64,000 bases of DNA from a virus (lineage: Duplodnaviria; Heunggongvirae; Uroviricota; Caudoviricetes): IMG/VR virus record IMGVR_UViG_3300027260_000002, one strand, 5' to 3'. The notes under the pieces are model-generated. The model was given only the letters and a program-made list of their open reading frames with translations, was not told the origin of the DNA and made no database searches. This document shows positions 29,494-39,893 of this stretch, piece by piece. The position numbers and the translations under genes were made by a program. How positions within the stretch are numbered: position 1 is the stretch's first letter; every line of letters begins with the position of its first letter.

Positions 29494-31608
29494 ATGTCTG
29501 GCTTTAACTATATTCAAACCTTTTACGTGAATCCGCAAACAGTGGCTAACGCTCCTGAAGTCATGCTCACATCCATCGACGTATTCTTTAAAGCTAAGCC
29601 TGTGCGTGGAGCCACCGTTTCAGGTGCAGTGGCTCCTACAGTAAACGCTTGGATTTGCGAAGTAGAAAACGATTCTCCTTTTGAGACTCGTCAGCTTCGC
29701 AACTCCATGACTCTTATTCAGTATGATTTGATTAATACTTCTCAAGATGCTTCTGCGGCAACAGTAATCGGATTTAAAGATCCTGTTCGTTTGGCCACTG
29801 GAAAACATTACGGATTAGTTCTTAAATTTAATGATCCAGGATTTGATGTATGGCAAAACGTACTCGGCGACAGACTTGTAACTGACGGCCAGATTACTAA
29901 TACGTTGTCTGTAGGTTCAAGAGGAACACACGGCGGCAAGCTATATGTCCCTACGAACACTTCTGCTCATCGTTCACTGAGCGACAGAGATCTCAAGTTT
30001 AAAGTCAAGGTGGCCAGATACACTGCCAATAACATTACAATCAGTCTTGTAAATAAAGATTATGAATTCTTTACGATCGACAATACTAACACTGGTGCTT
30101 TTATCGGTGGAGAATACATCTACCAAGACATCGCGAATGCCAGTGGCACTGTCACAGTTTCTACGAACAGTTTAAACGTAGTTGGTATTGCAACCACATT
30201 TACTAATCTTTTTGGCGGAGCTAAAATTTTAGTTCAAAGCGGCGGAGCGAAACAGATTCTATCTGTCAATGCTATCACGAATGCCACGCATATGACAATT
30301 GAAAGCTTGCCAGCTTTCTCTGCTTCTGGAATCGGTTATAAAGTTCCACCCGTAGGTTTAGCTTATAACATAGATTATCCAAAGTATAAGTTGATTTTGG
30401 CAGACTCTTCAGCAAATGCTACAAACAAATTTGCGGTGAGTGGCGGTAGAATTATAGGAGAAAGATCAGGAGCAACTGCAAATATCGCTTCTATCGATAG
30501 CTATCCTGTTGATAACTTTAAGCCTTCATTCTTAATCGGCAATCCTTCTGGATCTACATTTACTCTTAACTATAAGATTGCTAACTCTGCGAATCAGTTG
30601 TCTTCTACATCAACAAACATCAATCTTCTTCAAATGAATGATACGTCGGCGACAGGATATATCTTATCTCGCTCAGTCGAAGTTGATACCTCAAAGAGCT
30701 CGAATCTTTTTGGAGACAGAAGAAAATCAGTTGTCGCGAATCTGAATATTGCTGTAAGCAGTGCCGAAATCGACCGCTTCAGTGTTCCTTATGCAACGAC
30801 TCGCGAACTTGACTTCTACTTCTATCAAAACGACATCAACAACGTTTACACAGAAACAAGAACAGTAGGACTTAGTAGCATTGCTAGTTATGATACAGAA
30901 ACTGGTGCAAACGGCCTTGCTAAATCAAAGTATCTTTCAAAAGTTATTAGATTTGCTCAAGACAAGTATGCAGAAGATATCGTAGTATATCTGACAGGAT
31001 ATCGCCCAGCCGGAACAGAAATCAAAGTCTATGCCAAAGTGCATAACGCGGCAGACAGAGAATCATTCCAAAGTAAAGCATGGACTCCGCTTGTACTGAA
31101 AGATAATATCGATCGCTTTAGCTCGACAGATCCAAATGATATGTACGAATTTACATATGGATTTGATACTGCTCCTGAACTTCAAGTCGCTCTTCCAGGA
31201 ACTGGAGCAATTACTTACGGTTCGAATACCATTACTACAACGAACAATCATTCTGCGACAGTTACTGCTGGCGACTTGATTCGAATCAAAGATCAAGACT
31301 TTGGTAATCATGAAGTGTTCGTAGTCTCGGCAGCAAATACTACTGCGATCAGCACATATCGAAACATTACAACTTCAAGTCTCGTGTCGGCCGGAGTTAC
31401 AAGATCAGATATTGTTATCGATAAACTAAAGTACAGAAATGTCGCATGGAATAACGTTGAAAATGATAACACTGTAAGATATGTCAACTCAGAATACGTT
31501 GAGTTTGATCGCTATACATCGATGCAAATCAAGATCGTTCTTCTTGCAGAGCAATCTCATATTGTTCCAAAGGTAGAGGCTATTCAGGTTATCGGAGTTT
31601 CCGCATAA
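29494..31608 (+). CDS. Structural protein corresponding to the usual C-terminal region of VrlC/DUF4815-like proteins
   Basis: IQTFYV...MLTSIDVFFKAKP; DLKFKVKVARY; AKSKYLSKVI......A.DI.VYL..YRP.GT.IKVYAK; MQIKIVL. Confidence 0.7.
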   Translation: MSGFNYIQTFYVNPQTVANAPEVMLTSIDVFFKAKPVRGATVSGAVAPTVNAWICEVENDSPFETRQLRNSMTLIQYDLINTSQDASAATVIGFKDPVRLATGKHYGLVLKFNDPGFDVWQNVLGDRLVTDGQITNTLSVGSRGTHGGKLYVPTNTSAHRSLSDRDLKFKVKVARYTANNITISLVNKDYEFFTIDNTNTGAFIGGEYIYQDIANASGTVTVSTNSLNVVGIATTFTNLFGGAKILVQSGGAKQILSVNAITNATHMTIESLPAFSASGIGYKVPPVGLAYNIDYPKYKLILADSSANATNKFAVSGGRIIGERSGATANIASIDSYPVDNFKPSFLIGNPSGSTFTLNYKIANSANQLSSTSTNINLLQMNDTSATGYILSRSVEVDTSKSSNLFGDRRKSVVANLNIAVSSAEIDRFSVPYATTRELDFYFYQNDINNVYTETRTVGLSSIASYDTETGANGLAKSKYLSKVIRFAQDKYAEDIVVYLTGYRPAGTEIKVYAKVHNAADRESFQSKAWTPLVLKDNIDRFSSTDPNDMYEFTYGFDTAPELQVALPGTGAITYGSNTITTTNNHSATVTAGDLIRIKDQDFGNHEVFVVSAANTTAISTYRNITTSSLVSAGVTRSDIVIDKLKYRNVAWNNVENDNTVRYVNSEYVEFDRYTSMQIKIVLLAEQSHIVPKVEAIQVIGVSA

Positions 31609-31817
31609 TGTTAGTCAAGACTGAAACTGATGGATTCATGAAAGATACTTCTACTGGAGCTTTCATAAATACAGACGATGCATCTTATGCAAAGTTTGTA
31701 GCAGAGAGATCGAAAGCGAAGAATAGCAAAGATCTGTCAAATAGAATAAGTGCAGTCGAAGACGATCTCAAAGAAATTAAAACTCTACTCTTACAAGTAG
31801 TGAATGGAAGAAATTAA
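31608..31817 (+). CDS. Small conserved T4-like virion-region protein (C-terminal coiled coil)
   Basis: KD.STGA.IN.D...Y..F...R...I..VE.DL.EIK.LL pattern. TAATG overlaps on both sides. Confidence 0.7.
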   Translation: MLVKTETDGFMKDTSTGAFINTDDASYAKFVAERSKAKNSKDLSNRISAVEDDLKEIKTLLLQVVNGRN

Positions 31818-33871
31818 TGTCAAGACCAGTAGCTAATGTTGATGTAATTACCGACTCGTTTGAGATTTGGCTCCTCGAGACCAATGAACTTCTCAACGCG
31901 CTCTCGACAGAAATCATTACTGCAAACAGTACGTATGCAAACACGGGTAACACCGCGTTTCCAAGAACAGCTCAGCTATACGGAACATTTGGCGCTAACA
32001 ATCTCGTCGTAACAAACTGGATGAAGGGCGGAAACGTTAACGGTTCGTTTGCCAATCTGATGATCAGCACGAACACTGTTCTGAGCAATGTTAACTCGAC
32101 CGAGATTCGTCTCGAAGTTGCCAACGGTTCTTCGAACACATTCATGTGGCAGTACGGTCTACATGCTGGTTTGACTGGTGCAAATCTTGTCGCTAACACG
32201 ACGAAGCTGACGATTCAGTCGAACTCGACCACGAATACAACAGCAACTGCATTCGCAGTTGTTGCCGCGAATAGCACTAATACTGCTACGATGAATCCAA
32301 TCAGCTTTAGCACTGGATTGTTTGTAGCGAACACGATTCAGATTACATTAGGTGCCAACGTTACTGCCAATGCCACAAATGGTGGTACGATCCAAGTCAC
32401 AGGATCAGGTGCAGTCGGTAATAGTGTATCAAATAGCAGCGGTCTATATGTAGGCAACACTGTTACGAATAGCCAGATGACGAGCGTTCGATTCTTTGCA
32501 GCAGAAGGTAGCAATACCGTGCTCGCAAACAATCAGATCATCAGCATTGCCAATACAACATCATCTGCAAATATTGATCCTATCAGTTTCAAGACAGGCA
32601 TCTTTACAGCCAACACCATTCAAGTTTCACTTGGTGCTAATGTGACTGCGAATGCTACCAACGGTGGTACGATCCAAGTAACAGGAACTGGCACGGTCGG
32701 TAATACTGTCGCAAATAGCAGCGGTCTACACGTAGGTAATACTTTAAATTCTTCGCAAGTCACATCAGTTCGTTTCCTTGCGTCTGAAGGTTCGAATACC
32801 ACTCTTGCAAATACTCGAATCATTAGCATCGCTAACTCGAGTGCCACTGCAAACATTGAACCGAATGCATTCAAAACTGGCATCTTTACTGCCAATACTA
32901 TTCAGATTTCGCTCGGCGCCAATGTGACGGCAAATGCCACAAATGGTGGTACAGTTCAAATCACTGGAACAAGTGCGATTGGTAACGTTGTAGCGAATAG
33001 TAGCGGAGTATTTGTAGGTAATACGCTTAACGCTTCTGAGTTAACATCGCTTCGATTCTTCACCGCAGAAGGTAGTAATACCGTTTTAGCGAATACTCGA
33101 ATTGTTAGCATTGTCAATTCGACGTCGACATCTAACGTTACGCCGACAGGATTCTTTGCTGGTATTGTCGCTGCCAACCAAACAGTTGTCGCAGTCGGCG
33201 CGAATGTCTTTGCAAATGCTACTACGGTTCTTGTCGGAAACGCGACGTTTAACACAGTAGTTGGTAATGGATCGATCACTGCATCTGCGAATCTTACCAT
33301 TACGCCGACAAGCCATCTTGTTGTTGTAGGTGCTGCGACAGTCAGTTCGAACGTTGCTCTTGCAAATACGCTGACGGTTACAGGAAATACAAATCTTTCG
33401 AATACACTCACTGTAACTGGAGCTACAACGCTTTCGAGTACTCTTGGAGTAACAGGAGCAACTACTCTAGCGAATACGCTCGCAGTGACTGGTCCTGCTA
33501 CACATGCAAATATCGTGACTTTCAAGACTGAGCACGTAGTTGATATCTTTGCAAACGGAAATCTTGGAGCTACGACTGGTTCAGATCTTCTTGTCTTCGA
33601 ATATCCAAAGGCAGACTATAGCACAGCTAAACTTTTAATTCAATTGAAAAATGCCGGTAATACACAGATCTCTGAAGTACTACTTGCTCATGATAATTCG
33701 ACTGCGCAGCTTACAACATACGGCACAGTTTCTTCGCCGGTTGCAGCTAATTCCGGAGTCAGCTTACTTGGTACTTTCTCTGCTAACGTGGCTACTGCAA
33801 ACGTAAGAGTATATGTCAATCAAACAAGATCTAGCACTGCTGCAAAAGTTGTTGCTCAATTCATTAAGTAA
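31817..33871 (+). CDS. Fibre-like structural protein with three 94-aa tandem repeats
   Basis: N-terminal TDSFE.W...TNE motif; N/T/A-rich beta content; C-terminal domain Y..AK..IQ.....Q.SEVLL.HD...A.LT.YGTV. Confidence 0.7.
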   Translation: MSRPVANVDVITDSFEIWLLETNELLNALSTEIITANSTYANTGNTAFPRTAQLYGTFGANNLVVTNWMKGGNVNGSFANLMISTNTVLSNVNSTEIRLEVANGSSNTFMWQYGLHAGLTGANLVANTTKLTIQSNSTTNTTATAFAVVAANSTNTATMNPISFSTGLFVANTIQITLGANVTANATNGGTIQVTGSGAVGNSVSNSSGLYVGNTVTNSQMTSVRFFAAEGSNTVLANNQIISIANTTSSANIDPISFKTGIFTANTIQVSLGANVTANATNGGTIQVTGTGTVGNTVANSSGLHVGNTLNSSQVTSVRFLASEGSNTTLANTRIISIANSSATANIEPNAFKTGIFTANTIQISLGANVTANATNGGTVQITGTSAIGNVVANSSGVFVGNTLNASELTSLRFFTAEGSNTVLANTRIVSIVNSTSTSNVTPTGFFAGIVAANQTVVAVGANVFANATTVLVGNATFNTVVGNGSITASANLTITPTSHLVVVGAATVSSNVALANTLTVTGNTNLSNTLTVTGATTLSSTLGVTGATTLANTLAVTGPATHANIVTFKTEHVVDIFANGNLGATTGSDLLVFEYPKADYSTAKLLIQLKNAGNTQISEVLLAHDNSTAQLTTYGTVSSPVAANSGVSLLGTFSANVATANVRVYVNQTRSSTAAKVVAQFIK
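32291..33136 (+). repeat. Three 282-nt (94-aa) tandem coding repeats
   Basis: Units start at 32291 (MNPISF), 32573 (IDPISF) and 32855 (IEPNAF); the next partial unit starts at 33137. Confidence 0.85.
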
Positions 33872-33879
33872 GGTAATAT

Positions 33880-35589
33880 ATGTCAGGCGCAAATAATAGA
33901 TTTAAGGTTGATAACGGTCTAGTTGCTTCTGGCAACGCGATCTTCTATGATCGTGTCGACGTAGAAGCCAACGCGCACTTTAAAAACGACTTGTTTGTTG
34001 TATCTGGTAACCTTGTAGTAAATGGTTCTCTTGTATACGCCAACGTTACCATCGGTCAAGGCGGGGTTCTTCTGATTGCAGATCAGCAGCCACTCGGTAA
34101 TACTTCAAACCGTTTCAATGCTTTCGTATTTAATACGACATCTTATGGAACACTACGACCAGATGCAAACGGCGGCGCACTCGGTACTACCACGGCAAGA
34201 TTCGATGTCTTTGCAAACAATATCACCGTTACGAATACTGTTAACTTTCCAAGTGGAGCAGGCGTTAACTCGTCACTTTATACTGGTACAGCAAGCAATG
34301 CTAACACCGTATATAATATCTCGGCGAATGGTATCGTAGTCAGAACTGGTACAGGAACAGGTAATACGGTATCGATTGCTTCTACGAACGGCATTAGCGT
34401 AACAAACGGCGACGGGGTTTCTGGAAATCCGACGATTAGTTTCGTAGCGAATGCTGGTTTAACTGTGAACGCAGCAGGCGTATTTGTTGATGCATCTGCT
34501 ATTACTGTCGGTACACTTCCTACATCTCGAGGCGGTACAGGCGGATCGATCAATAACCTTCTACCTACACAATCTGCTGGAACAACAGGTTTCGTTCTTG
34601 CATCAAGTGGAGCGACAGCTAACTTGGTGTGGACGCAACTTGCTGGACCTCAAGGTGCGCAAGGCGCAACTGGTGCTCAAGGCTCTCAAGGTGCAACTGG
34701 TTCGCAAGGACCAACTGGTGCTCAAGGCGCAGCTTCGACAGTTCCTGGTCCACAAGGCGCGCAAGGAATAACTGGTTCCCAGGGTCCACAGGGAACAACT
34801 GGTTCTCAAGGACCACAAGGACCTTCGGTTCAAGGACCGACGGGACCACAAGGTGCACAAGGTATTCAAGGACCACAAGGACCACAAGGAACAACTGGTG
34901 CACAAGGTGCTGCTTCAACCGTTGCCGGTCCTCAAGGCGCTACTGGAGCTCAAGGACCACAAGGACCAACTGGTCCGCAAGGTCTTACAGGTGCACAAGG
35001 TGCAGCATCTTCAGTTGCTGGTCCTCAAGGTGCTCAAGGATTACAAGGCGCTCAAGGTGCAACTGGTTCGCAAGGACCAACTGGAATAAACGGAGCACAA
35101 GGTGCAACTGGTGCTCAAGGCGCGGCAGGTTCAACGGGTGCTCAAGGACCACAAGGTGCACAAGGAAGTGCATCTGGTGCCGTAGCTCCTATTCTCAGAC
35201 ACGTTACAGCTGGATTTACAAGTGGTGGTCAAGTTTTCGTAACAGGTTCTACACCTACTGCTTCTGCTGCTGGTGATATCTGGATCGATACGGCAGGAAC
35301 TACGGGATATACACAAAGTCTGTCATCAAATGGCTGGACTAAGTTGCCAAACGGAGCAATTATTCAGTGGGGAACAGTAACTGTTACTCCGAATACTACA
35401 GGATCTGGAACGTTCCCAACATCATTTACTACAGTCGGTCGAGCAGTGATGAATGGAGTAGGAGATCTGGGTGTATTTGGACAGGCTTCTAAAGGCGCAA
35501 CCATTTATAGTGTATCAACAACTGGTTTCAGTTGGTTTAACGGAGATGAAACTTCTCACACTGGTTACTGGTTAGCAATGGGATATTAA
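33880..35589 (+). CDS. Collagen-like tail fibre with C-terminal tip domain
   Basis: N-terminal NRFKVDNGL; a Gly-X-Y run; C-terminal [16 protein letters not shown]...GTFPTSF tip motif. Followed by a fibre chaperone gene. Confidence 0.85.
   Translation: MSGANNRFKVDNGLVASGNAIFYDRVDVEANAHFKNDLFVVSGNLVVNGSLVYANVTIGQGGVLLIADQQPLGNTSNRFNAFVFNTTSYGTLRPDANGGALGTTTARFDVFANNITVTNTVNFPSGAGVNSSLYTGTASNANTVYNISANGIVVRTGTGTGNTVSIASTNGISVTNGDGVSGNPTISFVANAGLTVNAAGVFVDASAITVGTLPTSRGGTGGSINNLLPTQSAGTTGFVLASSGATANLVWTQLAGPQGAQGATGAQGSQGATGSQGPTGAQGAASTVPGPQGAQGITGSQGPQGTTGSQGPQGPSVQGPTGPQGAQGIQGPQGPQGTTGAQGAASTVAGPQGATGAQGPQGPTGPQGLTGAQGAASSVAGPQGAQGLQGAQGATGSQGPTGINGAQGATGAQGAAGSTGAQGPQGAQGSASGAVAPILRHVTAGFTSGGQVFVTGSTPTASAAGDIWIDTAGTTGYTQSLSSNGWTKLPNGAIIQWGTVTVTPNTTGSGTFPTSFTTVGRAVMNGVGDLGVFGQASKGATIYSVSTTGFSWFNGDETSHTGYWLAMGY
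34645..35175 (+). repeat. Collagen Gly-X-Y repeat ([12 protein letters not shown]), roughly 55 triplets with short interruptions ([21 protein letters not shown])
   Basis: Directly visible in the translation and as 9-nt periodic DNA. Confidence 0.92.
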
Positions 35590-35593
35590 TAAA

Positions 35594-35965
35594 ATGACAA
35601 TTTACTACAGCCCAACAACAAAAGGTTTTTACGATACTGATTTTGGGTATCCGTCATTGCCTCAAGATATTATTGAAATTACCGCAGAGCAACACCAGCA
35701 GTTTCTCCATGGTATGAATATGCAAAATAAAGAATTGGTTTTGTCTGAAGGCAATCTTGTTTTGCAAGATCGTGTTGTGGTAATTACTTGGGAACAAATT
35801 AGGTCGAGAAGAAATAATCTTTTGACTTCATCTGACTATACTCAAATGGCAGATTGGCCTGGAGATAAAACCGCTTGGGCTACGTATCGTCAAGCATTAA
35901 GAGATCTTACTCAGACTTATACAAATGCCGCAGATGTCATTTGGCCAACTGCGCCGGGAGCATAA
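35594..35965 (+). CDS. Tail fibre assembly chaperone (Tfa-like)
   Basis: YYSPTTKGFY...EIT.EQH; IRSRRNNLL..SDYTQ..DWP...W..YRQALRDL.Q....V.WP..P. Confidence 0.85.
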   Translation: MTIYYSPTTKGFYDTDFGYPSLPQDIIEITAEQHQQFLHGMNMQNKELVLSEGNLVLQDRVVVITWEQIRSRRNNLLTSSDYTQMADWPGDKTAWATYRQALRDLTQTYTNAADVIWPTAPGA

Positions 35966-35968
35966 TAA

Positions 35969-36412
35969 GTGCCTCTAGCTTTTTCGACCGCCCAAGCAGT
36001 TAAATATTGGAACGGCTCATCATGGGTCGGGAGCCAAGATTTTGGCGCTGTTAAAATGTGGAATGGATCTTCGTGGCAATATGTAGGAATTCGTCCTTAT
36101 CAAGATATACCGTTGGTCACTTTTTCTCCTGACGGCGGAACAAGCGGATCACCGACCTATCTTTCTGATAATCAGTATAGCACTCAAGCGACAGTTACTA
36201 TTAGTGCTTCTTCAAGTGTAGTTTGGACTTATACCGGAGGAGACGGATTTAATGGATATGCTAGCTTCGGAAGCGGAGGCAGCGGTTCATCAATTACATT
36301 TTTTGCAGCATATACAGGCGGTTATAATAATCAACAATTTAATGTGTCGGCATCTAATGGCGCAACAACTAAATATTGGTTTATAGATTTAACATCAGAT
36401 AGTTTTTCATAA
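35969..36412 (+). CDS. Putative fibre-tip adhesin/accessory protein
   Basis: GTG start. Twin Trp motifs KYWNGSSW / KMWNGSSW followed by a G/S/Y-rich beta domain. Confidence 0.5.
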   Translation: MPLAFSTAQAVKYWNGSSWVGSQDFGAVKMWNGSSWQYVGIRPYQDIPLVTFSPDGGTSGSPTYLSDNQYSTQATVTISASSSVVWTYTGGDGFNGYASFGSGGSGSSITFFAAYTGGYNNQQFNVSASNGATTKYWFIDLTSDSFS

Positions 36413-36428
36413 CACGGTAGAAGAATAA

Positions 36429-36758
36429 ATGGCGCTGAAAGCAAATATAGTAATAGATCAAGGCACTTCATTTGCTACGTCTATTGATGTGACTGATGAA
36501 AATGGTAACATCGTAAATCTGACAGGATTTACAGGTGCAGCACAGATGCGTAAGCACTATACTTCTTCTGCTCAAACCGCATTTACAGTTTCTATTACTG
36601 CTGTGACTGGTGTCGTTGCTCTTTCGATGTCGGCAAATACCACAAATGGCCTTACAGCCGGAAGATACGTATATGACTGTGAGTTGACTGATGGCAGCGG
36701 AACAGTTTCTCGTCTTGTTGAAGGTATCGTCACAGTTACACCAGGAGTTACAAGATAA
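36429..36758 (+). CDS. Small Ig-like/BppU-N-like virion structural protein
   Basis: ANIVIDQGTSF...NLTGFT.AAQMRKHY...GRYVYD.ELTD..G.VSR.VEG.V.VTPGVTR, a motif common in T4-like fibre regions. Confidence 0.7.
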   Translation: MALKANIVIDQGTSFATSIDVTDENGNIVNLTGFTGAAQMRKHYTSSAQTAFTVSITAVTGVVALSMSANTTNGLTAGRYVYDCELTDGSGTVSRLVEGIVTVTPGVTR

Positions 36759-37003
36759 TGGCAGGTGCATCTCGTTTAGTCGCTACAATTACAAATAACA
36801 ACGGCAGATTATCATCTACTGGACCTATTACTCTGAAGAATCAAATTCAGGAAATAAGAAGTATTGAAAACATACTCGACGTCAGCGTCGTTGAAGCCGC
36901 CAATGGCGCTACATTAATCTACAATTCTCAAAATGATAAATATGAGGTGAGACAACTGTCATTCGCAGATCTAGCAGTAGATCTCGACGGCGGATCATTT
37001 TAA
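36758..37003 (+). CDS. Small hypothetical virion protein
   Basis: 81 aa with a TAATG overlap. Ends LDGGSF, like the next gene (LDGGTF). Confidence 0.6.
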   Translation: MAGASRLVATITNNNGRLSSTGPITLKNQIQEIRSIENILDVSVVEAANGATLIYNSQNDKYEVRQLSFADLAVDLDGGSF

Positions 37004-37021
37004 CCTAAAAGGAATAAAAAC

Positions 37022-38767
37022 ATGGCCGTAGATACCGGTAACTTAATTCAAATTAAAAGGTCGTTAACGACAGCTGATGCACCAGTATTAGCTAACGGTG
37101 AATTAGCATTTACAGCCAATGGAGATCACCTCTTTATTGGTTCGAATGGTGCGTCAATCACCATTGCAGGTAAGTTTAATCCCGGCATATTGACTGCCAA
37201 CCAAGCACTCGTTGCGAATGGTACTGGTTACCTCGATGCGGTGAAAACTGCAAACCTTACCGTTCAGTCGATTACTGCAAACGGTACATCATCGCCTGGT
37301 GCTGGCTATATGCTGGCAACCGATGCTGGCGGTAATGTTTTCTGGCAAGCGGCCGGTGCAGTATCTACCAATGCTGCTGCGACCTACGCTTGGACAAACA
37401 CACACAGTTTTGCCAACGTAGTCACATTCAACGGCGGCATTGTTGCAAATAGCTCGCTTACAGCGAATGGTACGACTGGTACTGCAGGACAAGTTCTTGC
37501 ATCGAACGGAACATCGGTATACTGGGTAACACCAACTGATGCTGATATCACAGCAGTTACTGCTGGTTCTGGTCTTACAGGCGGTGGTACATCAGGTGCT
37601 GTCACTCTTGACATTGGTGCAGGTAACGGTATTACAGTTACTGCAGACGCGATTGCGGTTGACGGCGCTAACGGTATCTCGGTTACTGCAGATGGCGTAA
37701 ATGTTCTTGCTGGTACAAATGGCGGTCTTGTATCCAATGCGACTGGCGTATTCGTTCAAGCCGGTGCTACTCTTGTAAGCAACGCTACTGGTCTGCATGT
37801 TAATACAGCCAACCTTTCGATTGCTACATCGCAACTGACAGGCGACGTTGCTCTTGGTTCGGGTACATCGGGCAACTATGTTGCGACTATTACAGCTGGC
37901 GACGGTATTTCTGGATCATCTTCTTCTGAAGGTGGCGCGGCAACAATCGCTGTTGTAGCAAACAATGGTATTGTATCGAATACATCTGGTGTCTTTGCAA
38001 AAGCTGCGAATGGTATTTCTGTTGATGCGGCTGGTATCAATGTAGTAGGTGGTGCTGGTCTTGTATCTAACTCGACAGGTGTTCATGTTGGTGCTGCTAA
38101 CGGTATTAATGTCACTGCAGATGCGGTTGGCCTTACAACTGGATCGACACTCACAGTCAACTCTGCTGGTTTACATGTTAACAGTGCACTCTCGATTACA
38201 GATCTTTCTCTTTCAGGAAATCTGACTGTTCTCGGTACGCTTTCGACAATCGATACTACCAACCTGACAGTCCAAGATTCGCTGATCGAGCTTGCAAACG
38301 GAAACGCAACAACCGACGTTCTTGATATTGGTCTTTATGGTCAATACGGTTCGAGTGGAGCTAAATTCACCGGTCTTTTCCGTGATGCTACAGATGGCGT
38401 TTATAAGCTCTTTGCTGGTTCTCAAACAGAACCTACAACAACTGTAGACACTGCAGCAGCCGGTTATACTACTGCTACATTACAAGCATATCTTAATGCC
38501 GGCGGTCTTGTTGCAAATGCGACTAACGTTACTCTTACTGCGAACTCGACACTCGCGGTTGGTATCACTGCGAATACATTGAGTCTTTCGACTCCTCTTG
38601 GTGTTGCTTCTGGTGGTCTTGGTCTATCAACTATCACAGCTGGTGCAATCCTTGTAGGTAACGGCGCTGGAGCAGCTACTATTCTTGTAGCTAATACAAA
38701 TGGTAAGGTTCTGCAATCAAACGGAACATCGGTAGTATACGGAACACTTGACGGAGGCACGTTCTAA
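37022..38767 (+). CDS. Tail fibre-like protein with Mtd-N-like N-terminus and AGxGI beta repeats
   Basis: IQIKRS...AP.LANGELAF; GQVLASNG..VYW modules; repeats GAGNGITVTADAI.V / ANGISV / GGLVSNATG. Confidence 0.7.
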   Translation: MAVDTGNLIQIKRSLTTADAPVLANGELAFTANGDHLFIGSNGASITIAGKFNPGILTANQALVANGTGYLDAVKTANLTVQSITANGTSSPGAGYMLATDAGGNVFWQAAGAVSTNAAATYAWTNTHSFANVVTFNGGIVANSSLTANGTTGTAGQVLASNGTSVYWVTPTDADITAVTAGSGLTGGGTSGAVTLDIGAGNGITVTADAIAVDGANGISVTADGVNVLAGTNGGLVSNATGVFVQAGATLVSNATGLHVNTANLSIATSQLTGDVALGSGTSGNYVATITAGDGISGSSSSEGGAATIAVVANNGIVSNTSGVFAKAANGISVDAAGINVVGGAGLVSNSTGVHVGAANGINVTADAVGLTTGSTLTVNSAGLHVNSALSITDLSLSGNLTVLGTLSTIDTTNLTVQDSLIELANGNATTDVLDIGLYGQYGSSGAKFTGLFRDATDGVYKLFAGSQTEPTTTVDTAAAGYTTATLQAYLNAGGLVANATNVTLTANSTLAVGITANTLSLSTPLGVASGGLGLSTITAGAILVGNGAGAATILVANTNGKVLQSNGTSVVYGTLDGGTF

Positions 38768-38770
38768 TTT

Positions 38771-38962
38771 ATGGAAGCTGAATTTGTAAATGAGTATATC
38801 AATCGATTACTCGCGAGTGTACATGATCTTACAAGTAAGAACGTAATGCTAGAAACAAGACTGGTCATGGCCGATAAAACCATGGCCAGTCTTCAAGCAA
38901 AAATTGTTGATCTTGAAAAGCTTGGAAATAAAAATAAAAAAGCTGAAGATACTTCTGTATAA
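38771..38962 (+). CDS. Small coiled-coil protein
   Basis: 63 aa with a heptad pattern. Confidence 0.6.
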   Translation: MEAEFVNEYINRLLASVHDLTSKNVMLETRLVMADKTMASLQAKIVDLEKLGNKNKKAEDTSV

Positions 38963-38965
38963 ATA
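38958..38965 (+). promoter_or_regulatory. T4-type late promoter
   Basis: TATAAATA at the end of the 63-aa gene. Confidence 0.75.
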
Positions 38966-39015
38966 GAATATTAGGGGTTACATAACCACTTCGTTGCTCT
39001 ATATAGAGGTTGAGA

Positions 39016-39861
39016 ATGGCAAACAAATTTCAATTTAAGCGTACGACAATTTCTGGTCGTACAGCTAATACTACTGACGTAGCAAATTCCGGTTTTATTG
39101 ATAACGGCGAATTTGCGGTTAATCTAACTGATCGTAAAGTCTTCTCTTCAGATGCTGCGAATGCCATCTTCGAAGTCGGTTCAAATCTCTCCTCTCTCGC
39201 TGTTACTACGATTGTCGCCAACGGTTCTTCAGGCACCGCGGGACAAGTTCTCACGTCAAATGGATCGAGTGTTTACTGGGGAGTAGGAGGCGGTGGAGGC
39301 AATACATATGCAAGTATTGCAACTTACACCTACACTATCGCTTCGAATACCACCGTCATTACTGGAGCAGATGATAATACAGATGTTCTTTCTTATACTG
39401 CTGGACTCGAAAGCGTATACCTGAACGGTTCGAAGCAAGTCCTTACAACAGATTACTTGGCAACAAACTCTGGTGCCATTACATTCACTTCAAACGTATT
39501 TGCTGCTGACGTCGTAGAAATTGTTTCTGTGACTCCTCAGCTTTCTGTTATTGTCGCAGATTCAAACACTCGAACAACAAACACCACATCAAATACTACA
39601 GTCGATTCTTTTAGTGCCGCTAATTATCGATCTGCTAAATATTATGTACAAATCACTTCGGGTACTGACTATCACGTGACAGAAGTTTTGCTTATTCATG
39701 ATGGTACAGAAGTTTATATTACTGAATACGGCACAGTTTATTCAAACACATCACTCGGCAACGTAAGTGCAAATATTAATACTGGTTATGTAGAGTTGCT
39801 CGTCGCTCCTTCCAATTCAGCGAGTACAGTAAAAACTCGCCGTCTTGCGATAGAAGTATAA
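39016..39861 (+). CDS. Virion structural protein (Mtd-N-like N-terminus; C-terminal domain paralogous to that of 31817-33871)
   Basis: FQFKRTT.SGR....I..GE.A.NL.D.K.F; VYLNG.K...DY.AT; YRSAKYYVQI....YHVTEVLLIHDGTEVYITEYG.V. ATG 39016 preferred over 39010. Confidence 0.7.
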   Translation: MANKFQFKRTTISGRTANTTDVANSGFIDNGEFAVNLTDRKVFSSDAANAIFEVGSNLSSLAVTTIVANGSSGTAGQVLTSNGSSVYWGVGGGGGNTYASIATYTYTIASNTTVITGADDNTDVLSYTAGLESVYLNGSKQVLTTDYLATNSGAITFTSNVFAADVVEIVSVTPQLSVIVADSNTRTTNTTSNTTVDSFSAANYRSAKYYVQITSGTDYHVTEVLLIHDGTEVYITEYGTVYSNTSLGNVSANINTGYVELLVAPSNSASTVKTRRLAIEV

Positions 39862-39864
39862 ATA
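39857..39864 (+). promoter_or_regulatory. T4-type late promoter
   Basis: TATAAATA 30 nt upstream of the 1064-aa fibre gene. I saw no further consensus promoter before the GT60-like gene. Confidence 0.78.
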
Positions 39865-39893
39865 AAGATAAAATCTGAGGGATAGGGAACCAG

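Noticed and set aside
29447-29494. Readthrough or frameshift joining the two VrlC-like ORFs
   Set aside because: The gap is AT-rich and contains additional stops, a promoter-like octamer and an RBS, consistent with independent translation.
34645-35175. Collagen stalk as the substrate of the prolyl hydroxylase
   Set aside because: Its prolines are almost all in the X position (GPQ, GPT), not the Y position (X-Pro-Gly) used by collagen-type P4H. The mirror-repeat protein is the better candidate.
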